Counted from the stretch's first letter, positions 39,902-50,158 are shown. The stretch is 64,000 nucleotides of DNA from Pseudomonadota bacterium (GCA_043823065.1 JBDRBB010000010.1:128001-192000); one strand, 5' to 3'. Numbers and translations: made by a program. Notes: generated by a model from the letters alone, not told the origin.

Positions 39902-40038
39902 AAATCCTAAATCCTAATTTCTAAATCCTAAACAATATCAAAATTCTAATTACCAAAATCCAAAACAAAGTGTTTTGAACATTTGAAATTTGGTAATTTG
40001 AATTTGTTTAGAATTTAGATATTAGAGTTTAGAAATTT
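39902..40038. repeat. AT-rich ~7-nt-periodic long palindrome
   Basis: AAATCCTAAATCC..CTAAACAA / TTGTTTAG..TTAGAAATTT; relatives at 46630, 52078, 60168, 60913. Confidence 0.8.
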
Positions 40039-40141
40039 AATACTGATGACTTTAGTCTCCAATCTTAGTCTTTTATCCCATATTTTTGCAACAACCAGCA
40101 AATAATGCTAATAATATCAATGGTTTATTCTGATTAGGACC

Positions 40142-40157
40142 TGGCACATATCTTGCT
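40142..40157 (+). promoter_or_regulatory. Sigma-54 promoter with IHF site at 40115-40127
   Basis: TGGCACATATCTTGCT; TATCAAtggtTTA. Confidence 0.8.
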
Positions 40158-40213
40158 TCTATATTTGTTGTCATTCCTGCCTAGGCAGGAATCCATAATT
40201 ATAGGAGCAATTT

Positions 40214-42205
40214 ATGTTTAAAAAGTTTTTTCTCGTTATTTTAACCTTAAGCTTAGTTGGAACAGTTGGTTGTATTGGCGATAAACTGGCCAATGATGAT
40301 TCAAACCAAAATATTGATAATGCATCTCAACTGCCTAATCAAGGTGGTGATTTAGATCTAACATCAGGTACAACAGATGATCCTCGTTATGGATATGGAA
40401 ATGATGATGACGATGATAATGTTTTAGGAGAATATGATTCTGGTCCTGGTTCTTCTGCAGATGAAACTATTTCCATTCGTTTTGATTCAATTATCACTAT
40501 TAAACAAGGACTAGCCAAAACAATTGAATTAGATGCAACCCTTAGAAATTATGAAGGTAGTTTTAGTTTAGAATTTGCCATGCAAGAAGCAGATCAAGAT
40601 AAAGTAGAAGTTACCAGAAGTGGCGATGAAATAACCTTATTAAGTAATCATCCAGGAACCCATGACGCCAGGCTCATAGCTTTTGATGGTGCAGGATCTG
40701 AACTTGTCCGTAAAAATATTCAGATTAAAGTAAATAGGAATGAATTAAAGATCACCAGCATTGAGCTGCCAAATGCAGTCGATTATAGCGCTGATGAAGC
40801 GATTAGAGCTGAAATTAAAATAAAAGGTGGTTCAGACGAATATGAATCTGTGAGCGCAAGTGCTGATTCAGAAGGTTTGGAGGTTAATGTAGAAAAAGAT
40901 GGGGAAAAATATTTTCTTACGTTAATTCCAAATAATCCTGGTGATCATGAGATTACAGTAACTGTAAAAGATGTTAATGCTAATTTTGAGCAAGCAGAAA
41001 AAACAGCGAGCCTAAAGATTAACTATATGGTTGTGTTTGGAACTTTAATAGAAACTGCCGATTTTAATACCTGCGCTAATAACAATATTAAGTTAATTGT
41101 TAAGAGCACCAATGCCCATGCAGCAAAAATTGTTAAAAATGAAGAAGGTTATAAGCAATTTCCAAGGATTGAGGATGAATTTTATACAAATGATGAGGAA
41201 GAGATTAATTTAAAACTAGGCCAGTTTTCCTTGCTACGCACAGAACTGGAAATAGCTGGTGGGGTGGGTCCTTTTAAGGTTGAAATAACAAAGGGATCTT
41301 CTACTTCTTATGTTGAAGAAAGAGATAATGATTACTTTTCGTTAGCAAGTAGAAGAGACAGTCATGGAAGACATATACCTTATATTATCCTAGCAGAAGG
41401 AGATAGAGATTTTATTTGGAAGATCGATACTGGTAAGGCATTCACAGGTCCGGTAGAAGTTGAAATAACAGTTAAAGATTTAGGTTGTGAAAGTACAGAA
41501 AATATTTTTGTGCGCAAAATTAATTTTGATATTGGTTGTCAGATTGGAAAGTTTTTGGATGAAAACGGTCAGGGTAAAATACTTTTTAAGGCTAGCTATT
41601 CAACACCTAGAGAAAATTCTGGCTATTGCGCTGGAACTGATGCCTGGTTTGCTCTAACCTCTGAAGCTTTTCCTGGATCACGAGATGATGGTTATGATCA
41701 TCACCTAAAAAACTATTTGATGAGTAATGGTGAATTTAATCTAACCAGAGATGGTAATTCTAGTACTAATGATAATAAAGATAGTATCACAGATTATCCT
41801 AGATTAGAGATCTTAGATGAAAATGATTTTAGTCCCTGGGCTAATAAGCAGGATTGTGATGCATTTGGTTGTTCAGAAGCAGATCAAGAATATGTAAATA
41901 ACCTATGTGTAGAAGATATTACTGGTTATGCATTTTGGTTTGATTCTGCTTCTTGTTCTCATGATCCATCTATTGGGATTGATATAGGTGGTTTTATTGC
42001 CAAATGGTGTCCAGATCCTGATAAATTAGAAAACGGAAACAATGAAGATGATGGTTGTGTGTGGGCTTCTGCTAAAGAAGGTTTTGAATGGAATAATATA
42101 GGTTATCAAACAGAAAAGACAGCATTCATAGGTTTTAAAGACCATGAAATCAGTTGGGGAAATTCAACAAAATGGACTAGTCTTGCTCCGTCCAATGCGC
42201 CGTAA
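40214..42205 (+). CDS. Large acidic lipoprotein with Ig-like beta domains and Cys-rich C-terminus
   Basis: Lipobox-like TVGC; beta-strand repeats; no recognised family. Confidence 0.7.
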   Translation: MFKKFFLVILTLSLVGTVGCIGDKLANDDSNQNIDNASQLPNQGGDLDLTSGTTDDPRYGYGNDDDDDNVLGEYDSGPGSSADETISIRFDSIITIKQGLAKTIELDATLRNYEGSFSLEFAMQEADQDKVEVTRSGDEITLLSNHPGTHDARLIAFDGAGSELVRKNIQIKVNRNELKITSIELPNAVDYSADEAIRAEIKIKGGSDEYESVSASADSEGLEVNVEKDGEKYFLTLIPNNPGDHEITVTVKDVNANFEQAEKTASLKINYMVVFGTLIETADFNTCANNNIKLIVKSTNAHAAKIVKNEEGYKQFPRIEDEFYTNDEEEINLKLGQFSLLRTELEIAGGVGPFKVEITKGSSTSYVEERDNDYFSLASRRDSHGRHIPYIILAEGDRDFIWKIDTGKAFTGPVEVEITVKDLGCESTENIFVRKINFDIGCQIGKFLDENGQGKILFKASYSTPRENSGYCAGTDAWFALTSEAFPGSRDDGYDHHLKNYLMSNGEFNLTRDGNSSTNDNKDSITDYPRLEILDENDFSPWANKQDCDAFGCSEADQEYVNNLCVEDITGYAFWFDSASCSHDPSIGIDIGGFIAKWCPDPDKLENGNNEDDGCVWASAKEGFEWNNIGYQTEKTAFIGFKDHEISWGNSTKWTSLAPSNAP

Positions 42206-42210
42206 AAAGA

Positions 42211-43197
42211 CTACTTCTTCCAAGGCATAATCAATCTGGGGGTGTGTTTTTCAGGCACACCCTCTTTTTTTTCTAGATCTAGCGCAGCTGGCAAGGTTGG
42301 CGCCAGTTTTTGTTTAACCACCAGGCAATGATCTGCTGAATCATTTGGACAGCGGTCTTGCTCATCTGGAACCAAGTCACAGTCAGTATCTACAATGTAT
42401 TGAGGTGACCACCAGCAAATAGACACAGTATCTAGTTTGGGGCAGGCAGAAGCAGTCCAGGAAATTTTTTCTTCCCAACCATCATAATAATTTATTGCTG
42501 AATTTTTAAGGCCATTGCAATCATCATCAGGGCAGCCATTGTCAATTTCAGAACTTACTGATTGATCAAGACCCAAGCCAGCAACATAAGGACACCGATC
42601 ATATTCATCTCTTATGCCATCTTGATCATTGTCAATGATAGGACATCCCAGGTTTTCTTCAGGTCCTGCCTGAGTGAGGCAATTATCAATATAGTCGGCA
42701 ATACAGTCTCCATCGACATCGCCCAAGGTTACTTCACATGATTTAATATTTTTATCATTAGTATATTGAGGACAACCCATGTGTTCAATAGGGCCAGGCT
42801 TATCTAAACAATGATCAATATAATCTGGCGCGCAATCTCCGTCCTGATCATCTGGTTTGCTGGCACAGGGCAGACCCTTGTTTTCCTTTAAGCCAGGTTC
42901 TTTAGGATATTTATCTTCCTGATCAGACAGACAATCGCCATCATAATCTAGTCCTGGTTCAGGCAGGCAAGGGCAGCCTACATTCTTGATATCACCGATG
43001 ATTTTGGGACATCGGTCATAGATGTTAAGCATGCAATCCCCGTCAAAGTCTTCATCAGTTTGAAAACAGGTCTCAGTATTTTTGACAGTTGCATCGGATA
43101 TATCGGCAAGTTGTTTTAGGTTATAAGCAAGGCTAGAAAATGGAATTATTAAGCAAATTCCGATAGTTATGCTAAAAAAAACTACTTTCCAGCGCAT
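42211..43197 (-). CDS. Secreted thrombospondin type 3 repeat protein
   Basis: Signal peptide; repeated D.DGDC..D..D.CP...G.....GCP. Confidence 0.85.
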   Translation of the reverse strand: MRWKVVFFSITIGICLIIPFSSLAYNLKQLADISDATVKNTETCFQTDEDFDGDCMLNIYDRCPKIIGDIKNVGCPCLPEPGLDYDGDCLSDQEDKYPKEPGLKENKGLPCASKPDDQDGDCAPDYIDHCLDKPGPIEHMGCPQYTNDKNIKSCEVTLGDVDGDCIADYIDNCLTQAGPEENLGCPIIDNDQDGIRDEYDRCPYVAGLGLDQSVSSEIDNGCPDDDCNGLKNSAINYYDGWEEKISWTASACPKLDTVSICWWSPQYIVDTDCDLVPDEQDRCPNDSADHCLVVKQKLAPTLPAALDLEKKEGVPEKHTPRLIMPWKK

Positions 43198-43233
43198 GTA
43201 CCCCCCTGCCTAAAATCTACCACTATGTATTAG

Positions 43234-43249
43234 AGCAAAAAGGGTGCCA
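43234..43249 (-). promoter_or_regulatory. Sigma-54 promoter
   Basis: Minus strand TGGCACCCTTTTTGCT. Confidence 0.75.
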
Positions 43250-43270
43250 GATTATCTCACTCAATTATTT

Positions 43271-43423
43271 CTGATTGCTCTCGAGGTTAGTAGGTTTTGG
43301 GTACGGCTGCGTTTTTGGTTACGCCCAAAAACTTGCCTCTGTCTCTTGGCGAGCGTGGTATCATAAGCATAGATACGCTCGCCAGCGAGATGCCCCAAAA
43401 CCTACTAACCTCTGCGCAATCAG
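43271..43423. repeat. Long palindromic element (RPE/MITE-like)
   Basis: GAGGTTAGTAGGTTTTGGG / CCCAAAACCTACTAACCTC terminal IR with internal hairpins. Confidence 0.75.
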
Positions 43424-43432
43424 TATATTAAT

Positions 43433-43655
43433 ATTGCCTCAAATGTTTGGTGGTTCTGAGGTGTTTGTCCGAAAAACAGACAGCTGAGTGCCATATTTGC
43501 GCATTCATCCCCGGTAGAGTATTGGATACGGAGATAAGGCTACCTTATGGATGGGCACACAAAAGCTGGACGAAATCTCGGCAAATTTGAGCATCAGATG
43601 TCTGGGCTTGAGGACTATTAATCACCTCAGAACTACCAAACATTTTAGTGGCAGT
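43433..43655. repeat. Second long palindromic element
   Basis: AAATGTTTGGTGGTTCTGAGGTG / CACCTCAGAACTACCAAACATTT terminal IR. Confidence 0.7.
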
Positions 43656-43684
43656 TGTAGATTTAGCGAAGGGGTTTTAGTTTA

Positions 43685-44752
43685 TTAGGGTAAGCTAATT
43701 ACTGCAGGTTCATAATCAAACCGGGGACGGATGAAAATAAAAGAGGGGTGGCCATCTTCATAGGTCCAGACATCATCCACAATTACAATTTGTACAGGTG
43801 CAAAAGCTGGAAAATCAATATCAGCTACGCCTGTGGCCAAAGGCATTTCAGTAGTAGCGCTGGCCAGGGCCCCGGCAATAATTGTCCATTGTTCTTCAGT
43901 TGGAGAGCGAAAACCAAAAGCACCTTGAGTTGGATCATTTACATCATTGGCATAAATATCTGCTGCAGTTAGTACAGCCTGATCATAAGCAATTAATAAA
44001 TCTTGGGTTAAAAAATTGCGATCTTGGGCATTGGAAAAAAGTTCATAATTTGGATCATAAGTATTTGTGGGTGAGAATTGATTGGGAGCTAAAATAACCG
44101 CATTATAATGAGAAGGTATTGGATCCAAATCATAAGTTGCAGCATCAGCGTTAAAAAGAGCTGGGTTGTCAGCATCTTCAATCATGGCAATGCGGTTGTT
44201 AATGACCGAGCCTAAGGCATCTGCAGTCGGGCTGGTGCTATTTAAGGTTACAGTGTTAACTTCAGCATCTAAAGTTGCTTCATCATTTATCTGGGTTTGT
44301 GCTTCTGCTAATAAAATTTGGATAAGATTTTGGGGCGGAATGATAACTTCATAAGTTTTACTTAGAGCCACGCCATCTAATAAGCAGGTAATAGTGGTTA
44401 TGCCTTCTTCCAATGGGATAATTCGCACGCCCGCACCTTGGCTAAAACTATCAAAGCCTGGGCGGGGTTCAAAGCCCACAATATCTTCACTGGCCACGCA
44501 ATTTAGATCTCGCTCAGATGTATCTAAAAGTTCACCATTATCATCATATAACACTAATTCATCTCGGCCTGGAGCAACTCCACCTAAGGCCAGAGAAAAA
44601 AGAGCAGTTGGCTCAATAGCCCTATTTTCTGCAGCTTCATCATCATCTCCTCCACCACCACCAATGCCAAAAAAAGATAAAGGCGAAAAACACGAAGTAA
44701 AAATTAAAGGCAGAACCAGCAAAACTAGTAAATAAGACTTTTTCAGGCGCAT
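43685..44752 (-). CDS. Lipoprotein with SleB/CwlJ-like cell-wall hydrolase domain
   Basis: Lipobox FTSC; ILLAEA...V.NNR...VILAPNQFS...DPTQGA..F pattern. Confidence 0.6.
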   Translation of the reverse strand: MRLKKSYLLVLLVLPLIFTSCFSPLSFFGIGGGGGDDDEAAENRAIEPTALFSLALGGVAPGRDELVLYDDNGELLDTSERDLNCVASEDIVGFEPRPGFDSFSQGAGVRIIPLEEGITTITCLLDGVALSKTYEVIIPPQNLIQILLAEAQTQINDEATLDAEVNTVTLNSTSPTADALGSVINNRIAMIEDADNPALFNADAATYDLDPIPSHYNAVILAPNQFSPTNTYDPNYELFSNAQDRNFLTQDLLIAYDQAVLTAADIYANDVNDPTQGAFGFRSPTEEQWTIIAGALASATTEMPLATGVADIDFPAFAPVQIVIVDDVWTYEDGHPSFIFIRPRFDYEPAVISLP

Positions 44753-44867
44753 ATCGCTAACAAATAACAGCATTTACCTAATTTAGCAAGATGAACATTC
44801 CAGCTGCTTACAGCGAATTTTGTTCGACCATGCATCAATTGGCTCTCGGCGAAATGGATAACAAGGA

Positions 44868-44989
44868 GTAATGTAGCAGTAGCTCTCGACCAGGTCTTCT
44901 CACCTCCCTCAAGCTAACACGAGACTATTAGTAGCTTGGGAGTTGACGGTCCGGATTCGAAGACCTGCTCTACGCCACTGCTACATTAC
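44868..44989 (-). repeat. Structured intergenic motif, copy 2 of 3, nested in an outer stem (44825-45033)
   Basis: GTAATGTAGCAGT/ACTGCTACATTAC terminal stem; shared core with other copies. Confidence 0.8.
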
Positions 44990-45063
44990 AATATATCCAC
45001 CACATTCCGCCTGAGCCAATTGCCACATGGGTCTCGCATCATGTTATGATAAGTGTTATGTAT

Positions 45064-45287
45064 GTTAAAATTCCCGCAGGAGACAAGGTTTTCAAAGCTA
45101 TTTTAGGCGCGCGCTTACGAAATAAGGGCGTATGAAGAGTTAAAATAGCGACTGTTTTTGCGAGTTAAAGGCTGACAGCGGCAAGACATTTAACTCGCGT
45201 ATTTAAAAACAGCGCTATTTTAACGATGAATAGCCCGGTTGAGTGCGCCAGCTTTGAAGACCTTGTCTCCGAGAGGGAATTTTAAAC
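45064..45287. repeat. ~224 nt rod-shaped palindrome upstream of hisS promoter
   Basis: AAAATTCCC..GGAGACAAGGTTTTCAAAGCT / AGCTTTGAAGACCTTGTCTCC..GGGAATTTT; inner GTTAAAATAGCG/CGCTATTTTAAC. Confidence 0.7.
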
Positions 45288-45349
45288 AAACTTCTGCTTC
45301 GTTGGTACGCATTGACAATAGTGTTACTCAAAAGGTATATATTTTTGCT

Positions 45350-46633
45350 ATGGCTAACCCTAAGAAATTTCAGGCAATCCGCGGCATGTCCGATATTTTA
45401 CCACCAGCAAGTGCTTTGTGGCATAAGGTTGAAGAAGCTGCGCACCAGATCTTTGGCTGCTATGGTTATGATGAGATACGCACCCCTATTTTAGAACCTA
45501 CAGATCTTTTTGTGCGCACCGTAGGTGAATCCACAGCAATTGTGGAAAAAGAGATGTATAGTTTTGAAGACAAGGGTGGTGATCATCTGTCTTTACGTCC
45601 TGAAGCAACAGCTTCAGTTGTGCGCGCTTATATTCAATCTGGCCAGGCTAGCTTTGATCCTGTGGCCAGGTATTATTACAAAGGACCCATGTTTCGGCGC
45701 GAACGCCCGCAAAAAGGCCGCCAACGCCAGTTTTATCAAATTGGTGTTGAATTATTTGGTGTGGAAGATCCCCTGGCTGATGTAGAAGTAATTTCAACTT
45801 TTACCAATTTGCTTCAAGAATTAAAATTGGAAGATGTGAAGTTAGAACTTAACTCCATTGGTTGTAACCAGTGCCGGCCAAAGTATAACCAAGATTTAAT
45901 AGATTATTTGCATAAGCATAAAGATGCTTTGTGTGAAGATTGTAATCGCCGTATTGAACGCAACCCCATGCGAGCCTTTGATTGTAAAAATCAGCATTGT
46001 GGAGAAAAATTAAATAACGCCCCTAAAATCAGTAGATATTGGTGTGAACCGTGCAGCACGCATTTTGCAGGTGTGCAGCAAGGTTTGAAACAATTAAAAA
46101 TTTCTTTTGAGCTTAATGAAAAAATTGTGCGTGGCCTAGATTACTACATTCGCACGGCCTTTGAATTTACCACAGATAAGTTGGGCGCCCAAAGCGCAAT
46201 TGCCGCAGGCGGACGTTATGATGGTTTAGTAAAAGAATTGGGCGGCCAAGATGTGCCAGGTGTGGGCTATGCCATTGGCCTGGAGCGTTTACTATTATTA
46301 TTGGGAGATAACGCCCAAAAAGAGGCAGCTAGCAAAGCTGTGATTTATTTTGCCGTGTTGGGCCAAAAACCAGCTCAGGAAATTTTAAAAACCATTCAAC
46401 TTTTGCGCAAAGCTGGAGTGCGCGTGGAATGGGATTTTGGCGCCAAATCCTTAAAGGCCCAAATGCGGCGGGCAGATAGATTAGGGGCAAGTTCTGTGGT
46501 TATTGTGGGAGAGGATGAGTTGGCTAAGGGGCAAGTTGTGGTGAGAGATATGAATACCAAGGAGCAACAGGAAGTCATGCTTGAGGATTTAACAAAATAT
46601 TTTTTACAAGGATGCCCAAAACACGCGTCTTGA
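45350..46633 (+). CDS. hisS: Histidine--tRNA ligase
   Basis: RGM.D, LRPEAT, FRRERPQKGR.RQF, RGLDYY, GGRYD; TTGACA at 45312. Confidence 0.97.
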   Translation: MANPKKFQAIRGMSDILPPASALWHKVEEAAHQIFGCYGYDEIRTPILEPTDLFVRTVGESTAIVEKEMYSFEDKGGDHLSLRPEATASVVRAYIQSGQASFDPVARYYYKGPMFRRERPQKGRQRQFYQIGVELFGVEDPLADVEVISTFTNLLQELKLEDVKLELNSIGCNQCRPKYNQDLIDYLHKHKDALCEDCNRRIERNPMRAFDCKNQHCGEKLNNAPKISRYWCEPCSTHFAGVQQGLKQLKISFELNEKIVRGLDYYIRTAFEFTTDKLGAQSAIAAGGRYDGLVKELGGQDVPGVGYAIGLERLLLLLGDNAQKEAASKAVIYFAVLGQKPAQEILKTIQLLRKAGVRVEWDFGAKSLKAQMRRADRLGASSVVIVGEDELAKGQVVVRDMNTKEQQEVMLEDLTKYFLQGCPKHAS

Positions 46634-46686
46634 ACATTTGAAATTGTTTAGAAATTAGATATTAGTGCTTAGGATTTGAGGTAAAT

Positions 46687-48444
46687 ATGCAGCGAACACA
46701 CACCTGCGGTGAATTAACCGCAAATCAAGAAGGATCCCAGGTTGTTTTAACTGGCTGGGTGCATTCCAGGCGCGACCTGGGAGGGCTTACCTTTATTGGT
46801 CTGCGCGACCGTTATGGTATCACTCAAGTAGTGATTAACCCTGAAAAAGCCTCAAAAGAAGTCTGTAAATTAGCTGGCGAGCTTCGGTTTGAATATGTGC
46901 TAAGGATTAAAGGCCAAGTTGCTAAGCGACCTGCTGGCCAAGAAAACAAGACCATGCCTACAGGTGAAATCGAGGTCGATATAGATGAGTTGGAAATTCT
47001 CAATAAATCTAAAACGCCGCCATTTTTGGTTGAAGATGAATCAGCTGCTTCAGAAGATATACGCCTAAAATATCGCTATCTGGATTTGCGTCGGCCAACA
47101 TTGCAAAAAATATTAAAAATTAGGCACCAAGCGGCCCAGGTTGCTCGGGAATATTTAAATCAGCAAAACTTTTTAGAAATTGAAACACCCCTGCTTAATA
47201 AGAGCACTCCAGAAGGAGCGCGCGATTATCTGGTTCCTTCCAGAATTCAGAAAGGCAATTTTTATGCCCTGCCTCAGTCGCCCCAGATTTTTAAGCAGCT
47301 GCTGATGATCTCTGGTTTTGATCGTTACTATCAAATTGTAAAATGCTTTAGGGATGAGGATTTGCGGGCAGATCGCCAGCCAGAATTTACCCAAATAGAT
47401 ATTGAAGCTTCATTTATAGATCGCAAATTTATTTACAATTTAATTGAAGGTCTTTTAGCTCAAGTGTTTCAAAAGGTTTTAGGTGTAAATATCAAAACTT
47501 CTTTTGATCGCATATCTTATGCAGAGGCCATGGCTCATTACGGAACTGATCGACCTGATCGACGCATTCCTTGGAAGCTCTCAACAGTAACTGACCTTTT
47601 TCAAAAATCGGAATTCAAGGTCTTTGCTGATGCTGCTGTTTCAGGCAAGCGCATCAAGGGTTTTGCTGTGAGCGATCAAGAGTTATCTCGCAAGCAAATT
47701 GACGAGCTTTCCGAGTTTGTCAAAAAATATGGAGCCAAAGGCTTGGCTTGGATAAAAGTAGGTCCAGATAAGTGGCAATCTCCAATTGCCAAGTTTTTAA
47801 GTGAAGCAGAAAAACAAGCTTTAACCAAAGCCATGGAACTTAAAAACGGCGATACAGTTTTTATTGTAGCAGATGAACCCAAGATTGTAGATGATGCTTT
47901 GGGAAATCTGCGCGTGCATTTAGGTAAACAATTAGGTTTGGTTGATGAAAAACGCTTAGATCTTTTGTGGGTCACGGATTTTCCGCTGCTGGCTTGGAGC
48001 CCAGAAGAGAAACGCTATGTTGCTTGTCATCATCCATTTACTTCACCCCATCCTGATGATCTTCATTTGCTAGACAGTCACCCAGAACAAGTGCGTGCCT
48101 TGGCTTATGATGTAGTCCTAAATGGCAGTGAGATTGGTGGTGGCTCGATTAGAATTCACAATAGTGATTTACAATCAAAAGTATTTAAGGTTCTGGGCAT
48201 TTCTGAAAAAGACGCAAAAGTTAAATTTGGTTTTCTTTTAGATGCCTTGCAATACGGTGCTCCACCTCATGGTGGTATTGCTTTGGGTTTTGATAGATTG
48301 GTTATGCTCTTGGCTGGAACAGAGTCTATACGAGATGTAATTGCTTTTCCCAAAACAGCGTCAGCAGCTTGCTTAATGAGTGGTTCGCCTTCAGAAGTAG
48401 CAACAATTCAGCTTGAGGAGTTAGGCTTACAATTAAAAAAATGA
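46687..48444 (+). CDS. aspS: Aspartate--tRNA ligase
   Basis: [36 protein letters not shown]. Confidence 0.97.
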   Translation: MQRTHTCGELTANQEGSQVVLTGWVHSRRDLGGLTFIGLRDRYGITQVVINPEKASKEVCKLAGELRFEYVLRIKGQVAKRPAGQENKTMPTGEIEVDIDELEILNKSKTPPFLVEDESAASEDIRLKYRYLDLRRPTLQKILKIRHQAAQVAREYLNQQNFLEIETPLLNKSTPEGARDYLVPSRIQKGNFYALPQSPQIFKQLLMISGFDRYYQIVKCFRDEDLRADRQPEFTQIDIEASFIDRKFIYNLIEGLLAQVFQKVLGVNIKTSFDRISYAEAMAHYGTDRPDRRIPWKLSTVTDLFQKSEFKVFADAAVSGKRIKGFAVSDQELSRKQIDELSEFVKKYGAKGLAWIKVGPDKWQSPIAKFLSEAEKQALTKAMELKNGDTVFIVADEPKIVDDALGNLRVHLGKQLGLVDEKRLDLLWVTDFPLLAWSPEEKRYVACHHPFTSPHPDDLHLLDSHPEQVRALAYDVVLNGSEIGGGSIRIHNSDLQSKVFKVLGISEKDAKVKFGFLLDALQYGAPPHGGIALGFDRLVMLLAGTESIRDVIAFPKTASAACLMSGSPSEVATIQLEELGLQLKK

Positions 48445-48449
48445 AGTTG

Positions 48450-48522
48450 AGCCGCCCAACGGAGTCGAACCGTTGACCTAGTGATTACGAATCACTCGCT
48501 CTGCCAACTGAGCTAGGGCGGC
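48450..48522 (-). tRNA. tRNA-Thr (CGT)
   Basis: GCCGCCC acceptor, TTCGTAA loop, GGTTCGACTCC. Confidence 0.95.
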
Positions 48523-48554
48523 AAATCCGCCTAAGGGGCAGCCCTACAATTTTG

Positions 48555-48639
48555 TGCCGGGAGAGGGAGTTGAACCCTCACGAGCCGTAAGACTCGGCAG
48601 ATTTTGAGTCTGCTGCGTCTGCCATTCCGCCACCCCGGC
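48555..48639 (-). tRNA. tRNA-Leu (CAA)
   Basis: GCCGGGG acceptor, CTCAAAA loop, long variable arm. Confidence 0.95.
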
Positions 48640-48767
48640 TTGTTTGCCCTTTGATTGCACATCTTGCCCCTAATTGTCAATATTCTTGCCTCCCTACCCC
48701 TGATCGCGTATAATACAAAAATATTTAATTTGAAATTTAGTGCTTTTGACTGTTTTTAGGGGGGAAC

Positions 48768-49199
48768 ATGATCAACATAGACCGCAAAAACTTAGTAATT
48801 ATGATGGAGGCGGGCTACATTTATATGGGTATGCAGCGTTTTAAAGAAGCCTATAATATATTTAAAGGAGTTGCTGTGCTGGCCCCAGATAGTGAAATAC
48901 CTATTGTTGCTTTAGGAGGAATAGATTTTTGTTTAGGCAAGTTTCAAAATGCCTTAAAATGGTATAAACAAGCCTTAAAGCTTGATCCCGAAAGTGTCTT
49001 TGCCAAGGTTTATTTGGGTGAAACCCTGTTTTTTATAGGTAAGAAAAAAGAGGCAATTAAACTCTTAGAAGAAGTGAGCAAAAAAGACGCTAAAGGTGGA
49101 GCTGGTGAATTTGCCCGTTCCTTTTTAGATGCCATCAATCAAGGCTTTACCCCTGAAATGATCAAAGACATGCGTAACGCCAAAAAGAGGAAAGTATGA
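48768..49199 (+). CDS. TPR protein, type III secretion chaperone-like
   Basis: MEAGY...A..IF.G...LAP.S TPR pattern; coupled to sctJ. Confidence 0.65.
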   Translation: MINIDRKNLVIMMEAGYIYMGMQRFKEAYNIFKGVAVLAPDSEIPIVALGGIDFCLGKFQNALKWYKQALKLDPESVFAKVYLGETLFFIGKKKEAIKLLEEVSKKDAKGGAGEFARSFLDAINQGFTPEMIKDMRNAKKRKV

Positions 49200-50140
49200 A
49201 ATTAGCCACCTTTTTATTAAGCTTAATTATTATAACCTGTTTGTTTGTTACTACAGGTTGCCAAAAAGTCGCTCTATACTCAGACCTGTCTGAAGAAGAT
49301 GTAAATGAGATGTTGGTACTCTTAAGTGAAAATGGCATTGATGCTAAAAAGCAAAAAGAGGTGCGCCAAAACGATGTCTTTTGGAGCATAGCAGTTAGTG
49401 AAGCTGAAATGAACAAAGCTCGTTCTTTGCTTATGCAACACAATTTGCCGCGTAAACGAGAGCTAGGTTTAACCGGCATTTACAAGGAAAAAGCTTTAAT
49501 TCCCACCCCAGATGAACAAAAAGCCCGCTATATTTTGGCCTTAAAAGGGGAAATTATTAATTCTTTAGAAAGATTAGGTAGTGTAGTAGATGCAGATGTA
49601 GTCTTAAATGTGCCCACCAAAGACGAGTTTGCCACTGAAGAAGAAAAAATGACCAAAAGGCCAACCGCTTCGGTTATTGTGAAATTAATCCCGCCAGCTG
49701 CTGGTCAAGAACCTTTAACAGAAGCTAAAATTCAGCGCTTTGTAGCAAATGCTGTAGAAAATATGAATGCCAGGGACGTTACAGTGATCATGAGTTATCT
49801 TACAACTGATAAGCGTCAGCAAATTAGACCAGGGGAAGTTGCCAGTATTACTGGTTCTCCATCTGGGGTTCAGGCGCCTCTTATTTTTGAAGATGAATTA
49901 GTTGGGTTGAAATTAGATGAAGCTTCAAAAAAGAGGTTAAAGATTTATCTTTTGATATTTTTTCTTTTGCTAATCTTGTTATCAACAGGGCTTATCGTCA
50001 CTATTGTTCAAGCCAGTAGGACAAGGCGCAAACTAGCAGAAATTAAACAACATGGAGGGACATATCCTGCTATTGAAGGCCAGGTAATGCATGAAGGGCC
50101 TCCTCGTTTAGAGGGTACAGATCAGCAAAATGAGCTGTAG
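49196..50140 (+). CDS. sctJ: Type III secretion inner-membrane ring lipoprotein SctJ (YscJ/HrcJ family)
   Basis: Lipobox TGC; LYSDLSEED.NEML..L...GI, LIPTP.EQKARY, V.DA.V.L, PTASV, VANAVE; C-terminal TM. Confidence 0.88.
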   Translation: MKLATFLLSLIIITCLFVTTGCQKVALYSDLSEEDVNEMLVLLSENGIDAKKQKEVRQNDVFWSIAVSEAEMNKARSLLMQHNLPRKRELGLTGIYKEKALIPTPDEQKARYILALKGEIINSLERLGSVVDADVVLNVPTKDEFATEEEKMTKRPTASVIVKLIPPAAGQEPLTEAKIQRFVANAVENMNARDVTVIMSYLTTDKRQQIRPGEVASITGSPSGVQAPLIFEDELVGLKLDEASKKRLKIYLLIFFLLLILLSTGLIVTIVQASRTRRKLAEIKQHGGTYPAIEGQVMHEGPPRLEGTDQQNEL

Positions 50141-50158
50141 AGGTGTTTTTGGCAGAAT

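Noticed and set aside
43275..43487. 70-aa ORF
   Set aside because: Lies within palindromic elements, with a non-ATG start and no RBS.
45239..45349. N-terminal extension of hisS in the ORF track
   Set aside because: Overlaps the palindrome and TTGACA promoter; homology starts at ATG 45350. Similar over-extensions were trimmed for queF, ispF, uvrB, lpoB and others.
46687..48444. Calling aspS non-discriminating to link it with gatD
   Set aside because: Signature positions are mixed (RRDLG with RPAG); cannot be decided by eye.
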